From Candidatus Multivoradales bacterium (GTDB taxonomy: Bacteria; Acidobacteriota; Thermoanaerobaculia; Multivoradales; Multivoraceae): a stretch of 64,000 nt of DNA. Below are positions 1-8,993 of the stretch, in pieces. The position numbers were made by a program, and so were the translations under genes. Every line of letters begins with the position of its first letter. The first letter of the stretch is position 1. Under the pieces are notes generated by a model, which saw nothing but the letters and a program-made list of their open reading frames with translations, did no database searches and was not told where the DNA came from. The stretch lies in NCBI GenBank assembly GCA_965223325.1, contig CBDCWI010000002.1, positions 785,457 to 849,456 on the forward strand, read 5' to 3'.

Positions 1-1
1 C

Positions 2-589
2 CGCTATATCCTGGCGCAGGGGTGTGCCGCAGGCCTGGTGTCCTCACCTCTGAAGTGGCCAGGTGTGACCGTCGCCCGGGCCCTGTGGGAGGGGAAGCTC
101 GAGCTCGAAGGCGAGTGGGTCGACCACACGGCGTACAGCCGGGCGAAACGGACGAAGGCGGGTCGTCGGCTGACGAAGAAAGACTTCACCAAGAAAGAGA
201 CGGTGGTTCTGTCCAAGCTACCGGGCATGGAAGACCTGAGCGATGAGGCCTACTGCGAGTGGGGGCGCGAGATGATTCGCGGTATCGAGCGAGAGACTCT
301 AGCGCGCCACCAGCGAGAGAAAACGAAGCCGCTCGGCCAGTGGAAGATCGCTCGCATGAGTCCCTTGAGGACTCCGGTGAAGATGGCTCTCGGGCCTTGT
401 CCGCTGGTGATCGCCAGCAACAAGGAGGAGCAGCAACGGCTCTTGTCTGCCTTTGACTGGGTGTGGAGGGCGCACCGGCTGGCACGGGACCGTCAGCGGG
501 CGGGCGAGCGCGATGTGGTGTTTCCTGAAGGTACGTTTCCGAGTCCCTTGCCTTTCGAAACGGTGCAGGCGCTACGTGCCGGGCCCTGA
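2..589 (+). CDS. Hypothetical protein, 5'-partial (runs in from the left window edge). Basic and Arg-rich; no domain recognised.
   Basis: The frame of the 38..589 ORF is open back to nt 2 (RYILAQGCAAGLVSSPLKW... has no stop). The gene is convergent with the downstream minus-strand gene. I cannot assign it to a family. Confidence 0.35.
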   Translation, partial: RYILAQGCAAGLVSSPLKWPGVTVARALWEGKLELEGEWVDHTAYSRAKRTKAGRRLTKKDFTKKETVVLSKLPGMEDLSDEAYCEWGREMIRGIERETLARHQREKTKPLGQWKIARMSPLRTPVKMALGPCPLVIASNKEEQQRLLSAFDWVWRAHRLARDRQRAGERDVVFPEGTFPSPLPFETVQALRAGP

Positions 590-864
590 GTTAGAGCGCT
601 AGTCAGGTAGGCGAAGAGGGACCGCCCAGGAGGCCCGTGGAGATGCGGGCCCGGCGGAGCTGTGTCTGCGTGGGGGGAAGAGTCGTGCAAGGTGGCTGGC
701 GCAGCGTTTGGGAGGGCCAAAAGGGGGTCCTGAGGGGCAAATCGGGTGGGCAGCGGCACCGCCAGGCGCCGCCGCAGCCGCAGCGCCCGGAAACTCCCCC
801 CGACTGTTGGGGGGTGGTTCGGGGTTCGGAAAGTCCCCCCGAATGGGATGGCGGGGCGGGGGGC

Positions 865-2355
865 CTACTGCACCCGCATCGATTGAATGCGGTGGGGTTC
901 CTCGGGCTCGAGCTCTAGCGTGAAGGTCACTCGACTGCCGTCCTCGCCTCTGAGGACCATGCTGCCAGTTGATGGGCCCGTCTTCTCGAGGCCCTCTACG
1001 GTCGACTTGCTGAGCATCAGCTGGAGCTCCTGCCAAAGTGCTTCGTGGTCTTCCATGCTGTGGCTATCGAGAAGGCTGGGTGCGAGCATCGCCCTGAGGA
1101 CCTCGCTGAGTTCCAGGTCGCTCTCGCCGGTCACTGTGCGGTAGATCTGCGCCATACGTTGCCCCATCTCCGAGGGCGGAAAGTTCTCGTCCATCTCGTC
1201 ACCGCTCATCGTGAGCTGAGCCTTCGGCGCCGTAATCTCTCTCCCGTCCCATACGGCGGCCAGATTCTTCGCCAGCTCTTGGGCGGGTCGATTTCCAGTC
1301 CTGCCGAGGACGTAGGCCTGGCGGTCCCCAGTGAGCCTTACGACCATGGTGCAGAAACCGAAGTCGTTGCCCCCGGCCACAATCGACGAATCGGTACTCG
1401 GCCGCAGCCGAGCTAGTATTTCCTTCCGCGCTGCAGGGGCCAGTACCTTCCCGGAAACGACCGCCTGGTCCCAGGCCTGGAGATCACGCGCCGAGGCCAC
1501 CATGCCACCGTTGCCGATCATCGCCCAAGTGATCTCGGGCCAGATGGCCGGTGAGTTGCGCGCGCCAAACGTGCGCATCCCCTCGCCCTCAGCAACCAGG
1601 TCTGGCTCCCAGCCGTGCCGATAGAAGCCGGTGGTCTTCATACCAGCCGGCTCGAGCAGTCGGGCTCGTAGCTCGGAGATGAATGGCCTACCGGTCGTAA
1701 CCTCCACCAGAATGGCGAGCAGGGTGTAGCCGGAGTTTGAGTAGGCCCGTCCTTCCCCAGGTGCGAAAAGCAGCTTCTGCCCCAGAATGCGTTCCAACGC
1801 TTGGTCGCGTGTGAGCTTGGTGAAGTCACCGTCCTCTCCAGGACGATCAATGTAGTCGTCGAGACCCGAGCGGTGATCGAGAAGCTGCCGCACAGTGATC
1901 TCGCCCTTCTCGTCCGGCACGTTCTCGAGCAGCTCACCGAGTTTGTTGTCGAGGCTCAGTTTGCCGTGCGCCGAGAGCTCGAGAACCAAAGAGCGGGTGA
2001 ATTCCTTACTCACCGAACCGATATCAAAAACGGTCTGGTCCGTCGTTGGCACGACGGTACCGGGACGCGCCGGGCCGATCCCCCTGGCAAGGACGTCTTC
2101 CCCACCAGCGACCAAGAGAACAAAGCCACTGAAACCACTGTCTTCGGCAGCCGTGAGCTGTGCTTCGAGCGCCTCGACCGGATGGCTCGCAAACGCCACC
2201 AGGGGGCTGCTCAACGCGAGGCCCACTGCCACTGCCAACGCCAGGCGCGCCCCGCCAGACGTCTCCGCACGTGGAGCTGTTCTTGTCAGCCCTTCAAGGG
2301 TGCGACGCCACCGATTAGAGATGTCACTGCCGTTTGCGGCGCTCGATCTGTTCAT
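865..2355 (-). CDS. Beta-lactamase-fold serine hydrolase (class C beta-lactamase / PBP4-like / D-aminopeptidase family), secreted, with a C-terminal extension of about 150 aa.
   Basis: SxxK motif (FDIGSVSKEF) and YxN motif (YSNSGY). There is an N-terminal signal-like segment (ARLALAVAVGLALSSPLVAFA). Start chosen at the internal Met MNRSS; the upstream in-frame extension is probably not translated. Confidence 0.75.
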   Translation of the reverse strand: MNRSSAANGSDISNRWRRTLEGLTRTAPRAETSGGARLALAVAVGLALSSPLVAFASHPVEALEAQLTAAEDSGFSGFVLLVAGGEDVLARGIGPARPGTVVPTTDQTVFDIGSVSKEFTRSLVLELSAHGKLSLDNKLGELLENVPDEKGEITVRQLLDHRSGLDDYIDRPGEDGDFTKLTRDQALERILGQKLLFAPGEGRAYSNSGYTLLAILVEVTTGRPFISELRARLLEPAGMKTTGFYRHGWEPDLVAEGEGMRTFGARNSPAIWPEITWAMIGNGGMVASARDLQAWDQAVVSGKVLAPAARKEILARLRPSTDSSIVAGGNDFGFCTMVVRLTGDRQAYVLGRTGNRPAQELAKNLAAVWDGREITAPKAQLTMSGDEMDENFPPSEMGQRMAQIYRTVTGESDLELSEVLRAMLAPSLLDSHSMEDHEALWQELQLMLSKSTVEGLEKTGPSTGSMVLRGEDGSRVTFTLELEPEEPHRIQSMRVQ

Positions 2356-2564
2356 TCCGTCCTCCTTGATTGACTCCGAGTCCACCTGAGGCCTCTGATG
2401 CACTAACAGTTGGTCCTCGGATCGGTTCCAGATATGGCTGACACAAAAGCCAGACCAGCTTCGTAAGGCGAGTCGATATCACTTGCCACCGACTCAAACC
2501 CCGACGGCGGCACGGTCCGACTGGCAGACAGGCCAGCCGGATTGACCCCACCTAAGGAGCCGCC

Positions 2565-4298
2565 ATGACCACCCACACCACCGAGCAACTCACCCAAGAG
2601 CGCTCGCTGCGCCTCTGGCCGGGGCTCATGATCGTCGCGCTCCAGTGGACGGTGCGCTGGCTCGTGCCCCTGGCCTTCCCTGATGCCCTCGCCGTGGGCG
2701 TACTGGCCGGACTACTCGGCGGACTCGGGGTCATCGCCTGGTGGCTCTTCTGGAGCCGGGTGCCCTGGTTCGAACGCCTAGCAGGCGTCGGGCTGATCGC
2801 GGTCACCCTGGCCGTCGCGCGCCTCTTTCTCCATCCCTCGGTTCGTGACTCGATGCTCGGACTGATGTTTCCGGTGTACGCAGTTCCCGTCGTAAGCCTC
2901 GCCTTCGTCAGCTGGGCGGCGATCTCAGAAAGGCTCAGCCCTCTCCCCCGTTGGATGGCCCTCGCCGTGCTTCTCTTCGTCTCAGGCGGAATGTGGACGC
3001 TGGTGCGCACCGCCGGGATGACCGGCTCAGCCGACAACGACTTCGCGTGGCGGTGGTCACCGACCCCCGAGGATCGCCTCCTGGCACAGACTCCGAACAC
3101 CCTGGCGGGCAGCGCCAACGCGACGCCACCGACCGAGATTCTCGCCGAAGCGGATTGGCCGGGCTTCAGAGGCCTCGATAGGAATGGCGTCGTGCGCGGC
3201 ACCAACATCGCATCCGACTGGAACGACGCACCACCCGTCGAACTCTGGCGCCAACCGATCGGACCTGGTTGGTCATCCTTCGCGGTCGGGGGCGGAATGC
3301 TCTACACCCAGGAGCAACGCGGCGAAGCTGAGGTCGTCAGTGCGTACGATCTCGAAACCGGCGAACCGGTGTGGCAGCACCAGGATCCGGAGCGCTTCTG
3401 GGAGGCAACCGGCGGCCCAGGCCCGCGCTCCACGCCGACCCTTGCCAGCGGCCGCATCTACTCCTTCGGAGCGAACGGCATCCTCAACGCCCTCGCCGCC
3501 GGCAATGGCCACCTCCTATGGACGCGCAATGCTGCCAACGACCACGACGCCAAGGTGCCCTACTACGGCTTCTCGAGTTCGCCCCTGGTTCTCGAAGGTC
3601 AAGTGGTCATCTCAGTCGCCGGCCAGTTGGTTGCTTACGACGCTACGACCGGAGCGCTGCGCTGGAGCGGACCACCCGGCAACGCCAGTTACAGTTCCCC
3701 GCAACGTGTCGTGCTCAGCGGCGTCACACAGGTTCTTCAGGCGACCACCGAGGGGCTCACCAGCGTTCTACCCGCGACCGGCGAGCACCTCTGGCAGTAC
3801 GACTGGCCCGGAGGCGTGCGCATCGTGCAGCCGGCCCTTCTCAGCGACGGCAACCTCCTGCTCAGCGAAGGTGAAGGGCGCGGTCTGCGACGCCTCGACG
3901 TCACGCGCAACAGTGCGGACTGGACACTCGATGAACGCTGGACGAGCACTCGTCTCAAGCCTTACCACAACGACTTCGTCATTCATCGCGATTCGGCCTT
4001 CGGCTTCGACGGTAGCATCCTGGCCGCAGTCGACCTCGACAGCGGCGAACGCCAGTGGAAGGGCGGCCGCTACGGTCACGGGCAGCTTCTTCTGCTCGTT
4101 GACCAGGACTTGCTTCTGGTGATTGGAGAGCGCGGCGATCTTGCCTTGGTCGAGGCCTCGCCCACCGGCTTCAGAGAGCGCGCTAAAGCACCTGCCCTGA
4201 CCGGCAAGACCTGGAATCACCCCGTCCTGGTGGGAGACCTCTTGCTGGTTCGCAACGGCGAAGAAATGGCGGCTCTTCGCCTCGCAACCACCGGCTGA
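2565..4298 (+). CDS. PQQ-like beta-propeller repeat protein (BamB-like fold) with an N-terminal multi-TM membrane domain.
   Basis: RBS taaggagcc lies 5 nt before the ATG. About 4 hydrophobic helices fall in the first 150 aa, followed by repeated W/G-rich propeller blades (PIGPGWSSFAVGGGMLYT, GRIYSFGANGILNAL, LLWT). Confidence 0.7.
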   Translation: MTTHTTEQLTQERSLRLWPGLMIVALQWTVRWLVPLAFPDALAVGVLAGLLGGLGVIAWWLFWSRVPWFERLAGVGLIAVTLAVARLFLHPSVRDSMLGLMFPVYAVPVVSLAFVSWAAISERLSPLPRWMALAVLLFVSGGMWTLVRTAGMTGSADNDFAWRWSPTPEDRLLAQTPNTLAGSANATPPTEILAEADWPGFRGLDRNGVVRGTNIASDWNDAPPVELWRQPIGPGWSSFAVGGGMLYTQEQRGEAEVVSAYDLETGEPVWQHQDPERFWEATGGPGPRSTPTLASGRIYSFGANGILNALAAGNGHLLWTRNAANDHDAKVPYYGFSSSPLVLEGQVVISVAGQLVAYDATTGALRWSGPPGNASYSSPQRVVLSGVTQVLQATTEGLTSVLPATGEHLWQYDWPGGVRIVQPALLSDGNLLLSEGEGRGLRRLDVTRNSADWTLDERWTSTRLKPYHNDFVIHRDSAFGFDGSILAAVDLDSGERQWKGGRYGHGQLLLLVDQDLLLVIGERGDLALVEASPTGFRERAKAPALTGKTWNHPVLVGDLLLVRNGEEMAALRLATTG

Positions 4299-4332
4299 AG
4301 CGGGCCGCAGTTCCAAGGCCCACGATCACTGG

Positions 4333-5877
4333 CTACTTACCGGCCGTCGACGTTCTCTCGACGAACGCTCGGAGCGTATCGCGCCACTGCTCGAGCAGCG
4401 ACTGCTCGACGTACATCATGTGACCGGCGGCAAAGTCGGCACGCTCGATGTTGTCCCGCAGATCGGCCGGTAGATTGAGATTGTCGAAAGTCCACACGGC
4501 AGCGAAGTAGGGCGTCGCCAGGTCGTAGATGCCGTTGATCAACAGAACTTCGAGACGGGGGTTGCGCGTCAGCGCGCGCGCCAAGTCGGGCGCAACGTTC
4601 GGGCTGGCTCCCGGAAAAAACCCGCCCCCGCCACGCTCACGGTCCCAGTTCCAGTCCCGCGCCATGCCACTCGGCACATACTCACGTTCGCCGTCGTAGC
4701 CCAGCTCAGAGCGCAGGTACTTGTTCCAGGCCGACGTGTAGGCCGAGCTGATCGCCGACGACTGTGGGTCGTGTTGCGGAGCGCGGCCCTGCGGATCACC
4801 GGTCGGACCGGTGAAGCGCGCATCCAGGCGCCCCACGACCAGGCCTTTGTCACGCAGGATTTCCTTCTCGTACTCGGGAGCCGACACGCGCAAGCTCGAG
4901 CGCTCGAGGTACTCCTTGTCGAGACCGGTGTAGAGGTGCATCTGATCGAGCGTCTCCTGGCGCTCTGCAGGAGTAGCCGCACTCCCGGCCAGGAGCGTCG
5001 TCGCGTAGTCGGTGATCGCCCACTCCTCGACTTCCTTCATGAAAGCCTCGAGATCCTCCGGCGCGCCGCCCGGCAAGACGCCGTGGTACGCCGAAGTGAT
5101 CGCATAGGACGGCACGTTGGTGACATAGGGAACGATCGAGCCGACGTTGAAGCTGATGGTGTTGAAGTCGAGAACCGCCGACACCAACACGATGCCGTTG
5201 AGATCGACATTGGCGCGCTGCAAGTGGGTCGCGAGAACTGCCGACCGCGTGGTGCCATAGCTCTCGCCCAGCAGGTAGCGCGGTGAGTTCCAGCGATCGT
5301 GCTGACTGAGAAAGCGCCGAATGAACTGGCTCAGCGAACGCGCATCTTCGTCGACCCCCCAGAACTCCTTGCCCTCGACTCCGGGTGCCGGGCGCGAAAA
5401 GCCGGTGCCTACGGGGTCAATCATCACGATGTCGGCGAGATCGATGAGGCTGTAGGGATTGTCCTGGATCTCGTAAGGCGGCGGCGCCTGCTGACCGACC
5501 TCGGGAGTCACCACCCGACGCGGCCCCATGATGCCCATGTGCAACCAGAAACTCGCCGAACCAGGGCCACCGTTGTAGCTGAAAAGGAGCGGGCGGGCCA
5601 CTCCCTTCGGACCATTGGTGCGCTGGTAGGCGGTGTAGAAGAGTTCGGCGGTCGCCTTCTCGGCGTCGTCACGCAGAATGATCGAGCCCACCGTCGCGTC
5701 GTACTCGACGACCGCCTCGTCGATTTCAATGCGATGCGAAGTCGTCCAATTCGAAGGCTCCGGTTCGGGGCCGGCTGGTGGCGCCGCCTTCTCGCCAGCG
5801 TCATGCCCCAACAGGTCATGCGCGAACAGCACACACCCGAACAGAACGATCGACAAGACAGTGAGAAACTTCTTCAT
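4333..5877 (-). CDS. Serine carboxypeptidase, peptidase family S10, secreted.
   Basis: S10 signature motifs NGGPGSAS and GESYG(T) are present. Signal peptide MKKFLTVLSIVLFGCVLFA. RBS GGAGGAGGAG lies upstream of the ATG at 5877. The long in-frame ORF extension up to 6570 overlaps ogt and is not credible. Confidence 0.85.
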   Translation of the reverse strand: MKKFLTVLSIVLFGCVLFAHDLLGHDAGEKAAPPAGPEPEPSNWTTSHRIEIDEAVVEYDATVGSIILRDDAEKATAELFYTAYQRTNGPKGVARPLLFSYNGGPGSASFWLHMGIMGPRRVVTPEVGQQAPPPYEIQDNPYSLIDLADIVMIDPVGTGFSRPAPGVEGKEFWGVDEDARSLSQFIRRFLSQHDRWNSPRYLLGESYGTTRSAVLATHLQRANVDLNGIVLVSAVLDFNTISFNVGSIVPYVTNVPSYAITSAYHGVLPGGAPEDLEAFMKEVEEWAITDYATTLLAGSAATPAERQETLDQMHLYTGLDKEYLERSSLRVSAPEYEKEILRDKGLVVGRLDARFTGPTGDPQGRAPQHDPQSSAISSAYTSAWNKYLRSELGYDGEREYVPSGMARDWNWDRERGGGGFFPGASPNVAPDLARALTRNPRLEVLLINGIYDLATPYFAAVWTFDNLNLPADLRDNIERADFAAGHMMYVEQSLLEQWRDTLRAFVERTSTAGK

Positions 5878-5974
5878 GGTCTCCTCCTCCGGTAGGCCTT
5901 TCGAGGCGTTTCGCGCACCATACCGGAGGCTCCCAGTCCGCAGCTTCATCGAAGCCTGAAACCCCGCCGTACGT

Positions 5975-6577
5975 CTACGCGAACAAGGTCTGCTGGGTGG
6001 TGTTGGAAAGACCAACGATCTCGGTACCCTCGAGCTCGAGGAGAAACTCCTTGGTCGCCAGTCCACCGGCATAGCCGGTGAGGTTGCCGTTTCTTCCGAT
6101 GACCCGATGGCACGGCACGACGATCGGAATGGGATTGCGACCGTTGGCAGCCCCGACCGCGCGTGACGCTGTCGGCCGACCCAGCTGGCTCGCGATCTCA
6201 CCGTACGAGGTCGTGGCGCCGAACGGAATGCCACAGAGCAACCTCCAGACAGCTCGCTGAAACGTTGTTCCCTGCGGCGCGAGTCGCAGCTCGAACGACT
6301 CCCGCTGACCGCTGAAGTACTCCTCGAGCTGTAGCGCAGACCGAGCCAGCCACTCGGCGGCCGGGCCCTCTGGCGGGTCGATGGCCGCTTCCTTCCAGTC
6401 GGAAGGAGCCGCCCGCAGTGCACCGGTTGGATCGGCGAAGGCAATCTCCCGCAGGCCGGTCGCAGTGGCGGCCAGGCGCAGAGTTCCGAGCGGCGTCGGG
6501 AGACCGCAGAACTCGATTCGCTCATCGTGGGCGGAGGGCACGCGCATGTCGATGGCGGAGACCACTTCATTGCTCAT
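5975..6577 (-). CDS. ogt: Methylated-DNA--protein-cysteine S-methyltransferase (O6-alkylguanine-DNA alkyltransferase).
   Basis: PCHRVI active-site motif and HTH ([28 protein letters not shown]). The start ATG overlaps the upstream gene stop (ATGA at 6574-6577). Confidence 0.85.
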   Translation of the reverse strand: MSNEVVSAIDMRVPSAHDERIEFCGLPTPLGTLRLAATATGLREIAFADPTGALRAAPSDWKEAAIDPPEGPAAEWLARSALQLEEYFSGQRESFELRLAPQGTTFQRAVWRLLCGIPFGATTSYGEIASQLGRPTASRAVGAANGRNPIPIVVPCHRVIGRNGNLTGYAGGLATKEFLLELEGTEIVGLSNTTQQTLFA

Positions 6578-8148
6578 CTCGAACTCCTTCTTGCGTTGGA
6601 ACGTCTGCTTGTTTCGACGGGCGCCGCGCCCGACCACAACAGGTGCGCCGCGTAGGAACGCCACGGGCGCCAGGCCTCGGCCCGCTGCTCGAGGTCCCGA
6701 ACCGACATCTCGCCCTCGGCGACCAGTGCCCGCCGCAGCCAGAGGTCGCCCGACGGAAAGGCGTCGGGGTCACTGAGGGCTCGCATGATGACGTACTGCG
6801 CCGTCCAATCCCCTATCCCCGGGAGAGCCGTAAGCACTTCGTGCAGTTCGTCACTCGTCTGGGTGCCATCGAAACGCACATCGCCATCTTCGGTGGCCGC
6901 GGCCAGGCGGCGCAGCGCCTCGGCCCGCGTCGACGGTAGGCCGATGCGCTCGATGGGAGCCTTGCGGAGGGCTCCTGGGACAGGGAACAAGAAGGCCAGG
7001 TGACCCTCCGAGTCGACGCCCGTATGGTGCTCACCAAAGCGTTCGACCAGGCGCTTCGTGAGAGTCGTCGCACCCTTGACCGTCACCTGCTGCCCGAGAA
7101 TCGCCCTCACCGTGAGCTCGAACCCGTCCCAGGCGCCCGGCGAGCGCACTCCCGGCTTGTTCGCAAGCCGCCGCGCAACGTCCCGGTCCCCGCAAAACAC
7201 CGCGGCAACGGCCGATGGATCGACATCGAGATCGAACAGTCGTCGCACGCGGGTGGTGATATCGAGGAGCAGCGCAGGCTGGAGAGGCCACAGCTGGATC
7301 TGGAGCTCTACCTCGCCTGCTGGTTCCATCGCCGACCACGGCCGCACCTCGAGCACCCCGGCCCCCCCACCCACCCGCACCAGACGCCGCCAGGATCCGT
7401 TCCTGACTTCTTCGACTCCTGGCGAGCAGCGCGGCGCAAGGAACGACAGCACCGCCTGGGCATCGTAGGGCGCCCGACCGACCAATGTCAGCTCGAGCGT
7501 CTCGGGACGCTCCCGGCACTCAGCTCCGCCGTGGCGGGTTCCTGAGCGCCGGCCGCCACCGGCGACACTCGTGCGTAGCTCCGTCGGCGTTCTGCCCCAG
7601 GTGGTGCGCACCGCCTCGTTGAAGCGGCGTACGCTTCCATAGCCGGCGGCCAACGCGACTTCGCCCATCGGCATCGCAGTCTCATCGATCAGCTGCTTGG
7701 CGAACAACAAGCGGCGGGTTCGCGCCACCGCGGTCGGCGAGGCACCGACCCACTGCCGAAAGAGGCGTCGCAGATGACGCTCCCCCACGCCCAGCCGTCG
7801 CGCCAGGTCGGCGCTGCCGCCTTCGGCCAGGACGCCGTCTTCGATCAACCGTAGCGCACGTCGCACGGTTGCCTCGGTTCCCACCCAGGCGGCCGAACTG
7901 GGCGCTGCTTCCGGCCGACAGCGCAAGCAGGGTCTCAGACCCGCCGCACTCGCTGCCGCCGCGGTCTGAAAGAACGCAACGTTGCGCCGCGCCGCGCGTG
8001 CCGCCAGCGCACACACCGGGCGACAGTAGATCCCGGTCGACACCACGCCCACAAAGAAGCGCCCATCGAACCTTCGGTCGCGCGCCAGGCGGGCGCGTTC
8101 ACAGGCCTCTGGATCGAGCGGTAGAGGGCGGGTCTCGATGTCTCTCAT
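6574..8148 (-). CDS. ada: Bifunctional Ada-like regulator / AlkA DNA-3-methyladenine glycosylase II: Ada Zn-finger methylphosphotriester acceptor domain, AraC-type HTH, and AlkA HhH-GPD glycosylase.
   Basis: Ada_Zn_binding motif [16 protein letters not shown]...PCLRCRPE, AraC HTH ([31 protein letters not shown]), and a C-terminal HhH-GPD region. Start chosen at MRDIE by comparison with the N-terminal length of E. coli Ada; alternative upstream starts are at 8205 and 8262. Confidence 0.8.
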   Translation of the reverse strand: MRDIETRPLPLDPEACERARLARDRRFDGRFFVGVVSTGIYCRPVCALAARAARRNVAFFQTAAAASAAGLRPCLRCRPEAAPSSAAWVGTEATVRRALRLIEDGVLAEGGSADLARRLGVGERHLRRLFRQWVGASPTAVARTRRLLFAKQLIDETAMPMGEVALAAGYGSVRRFNEAVRTTWGRTPTELRTSVAGGGRRSGTRHGGAECRERPETLELTLVGRAPYDAQAVLSFLAPRCSPGVEEVRNGSWRRLVRVGGGAGVLEVRPWSAMEPAGEVELQIQLWPLQPALLLDITTRVRRLFDLDVDPSAVAAVFCGDRDVARRLANKPGVRSPGAWDGFELTVRAILGQQVTVKGATTLTKRLVERFGEHHTGVDSEGHLAFLFPVPGALRKAPIERIGLPSTRAEALRRLAAATEDGDVRFDGTQTSDELHEVLTALPGIGDWTAQYVIMRALSDPDAFPSGDLWLRRALVAEGEMSVRDLEQRAEAWRPWRSYAAHLLWSGAAPVETSRRSNARRSSR

Positions 8149-8567
8149 GGTGGATGCAGTGTAGGTGGTCACCGCGGTCGCCGGCTGGCCGCCGGCGGAC
8201 GTCATAGAAGCACCGAGAAGAGGTACCGAGAAGCGCAAGGTCAGAAGTCCCAGAAACCACACTCATCTGGCAAGAAACGATTAGTTTGCATACATGTATC
8301 TCGTCGGCGTGAACCCCCATCCGCAGGGCGTTCCCCCGCCCCGAGCGACACCGATACGGCACACCGGTCTCGAAAACGACCGCCCAAGGATAAAATTGGT
8401 CCGTACACCCCCAGCAAGAGTGACCGCAGGAGTCGCCGCCGCCCGGCCCGAGCCGGCGTGTGCGCACGGCCTCCCTGCATGCACGCTGGGCACGCCTTCA
8501 ACGCCGGCACGCGATCGAGTGGATCGTGACGAGAGCACCGGAGGCGTGCGGAAATAGGAGTTCCCCC

Positions 8568-8867
8568 ATGGAGATTCTTCCTCTCATCATTCAGCTCATC
8601 AGTGGTGCTGTCGGTGGCAACATCGCCGGTTCACTGATGAAGAACCTCTCGCTCGGCTCACTCGGTAACTCGCTCGCCGGCATCGTTGGTGGCGGCCTGG
8701 GCGGCCAGCTGCTCTCGATCCTCGGTGTAGCCACCGCGACCGGTGGCGTCGACATCGCCTCGATCATTGGCAGCCTTGCCGGTGGCGGCGTTGGCGGCGG
8801 TGTGCTGATGGCGATCGTCGGCCTGATCAAGAACCTGCTCGCGGGATCCAGCCAGGCCGCACGCTAA
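8568..8867 (+). CDS. Small glycine-zipper membrane protein (GlsB/YeaQ/YmgE 'transglycosylase-associated'-like), 99 aa.
   Basis: RBS AGGAG lies 7 nt upstream. Repeated GxxxG segments (GAVGGNIAG, GIVGGGLGGQ, GGGVGGGV) between hydrophobic stretches. Confidence 0.45.
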   Translation: MEILPLIIQLISGAVGGNIAGSLMKNLSLGSLGNSLAGIVGGGLGGQLLSILGVATATGGVDIASIIGSLAGGGVGGGVLMAIVGLIKNLLAGSSQAAR

Positions 8868-8993
8868 GCGTCGGGTTCAAAGACGATTCGGCGGCGTGCA
8901 GCCACACCGCCGAGGCCACGGAGAGGGCTTCCAGAAATGGAAGCCCTCTTTCTCTTTGACCGGTCGCAACGAGCAACCGAGAGACACACTCGC

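Noticed and set aside
873-891. Hairpin CCGCATCGATTGAATGCGG near the end of the beta-lactamase-like gene as a terminator.
   Set aside because: It lies inside the coding region (it encodes HRIQSMRV), upstream of the stop at 865-867, so it is not a terminator.
5878-6570. N-terminal 230-aa extension of the S10 carboxypeptidase ORF (745-aa ORF).
   Set aside because: The extension is Arg/Ser-rich nonsense and overlaps ogt on the same strand in another frame. A strong RBS and a signal peptide sit at the internal Met at 5877.
8220-8245. Possible Ada box (AAGCGCA) upstream of ada.
   Set aside because: The motif is in the antisense orientation relative to the gene and lacks the AAANNAA half. It is probably coincidental.
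8568-8867. Bacteriocin/microcin with a double-glycine leader.
   Set aside because: No cognate C39-peptidase ABC transporter or immunity gene is nearby. The sequence fits the GlsB/YeaQ glycine-zipper membrane protein family equally well or better. Kept only as a low-interest finding.
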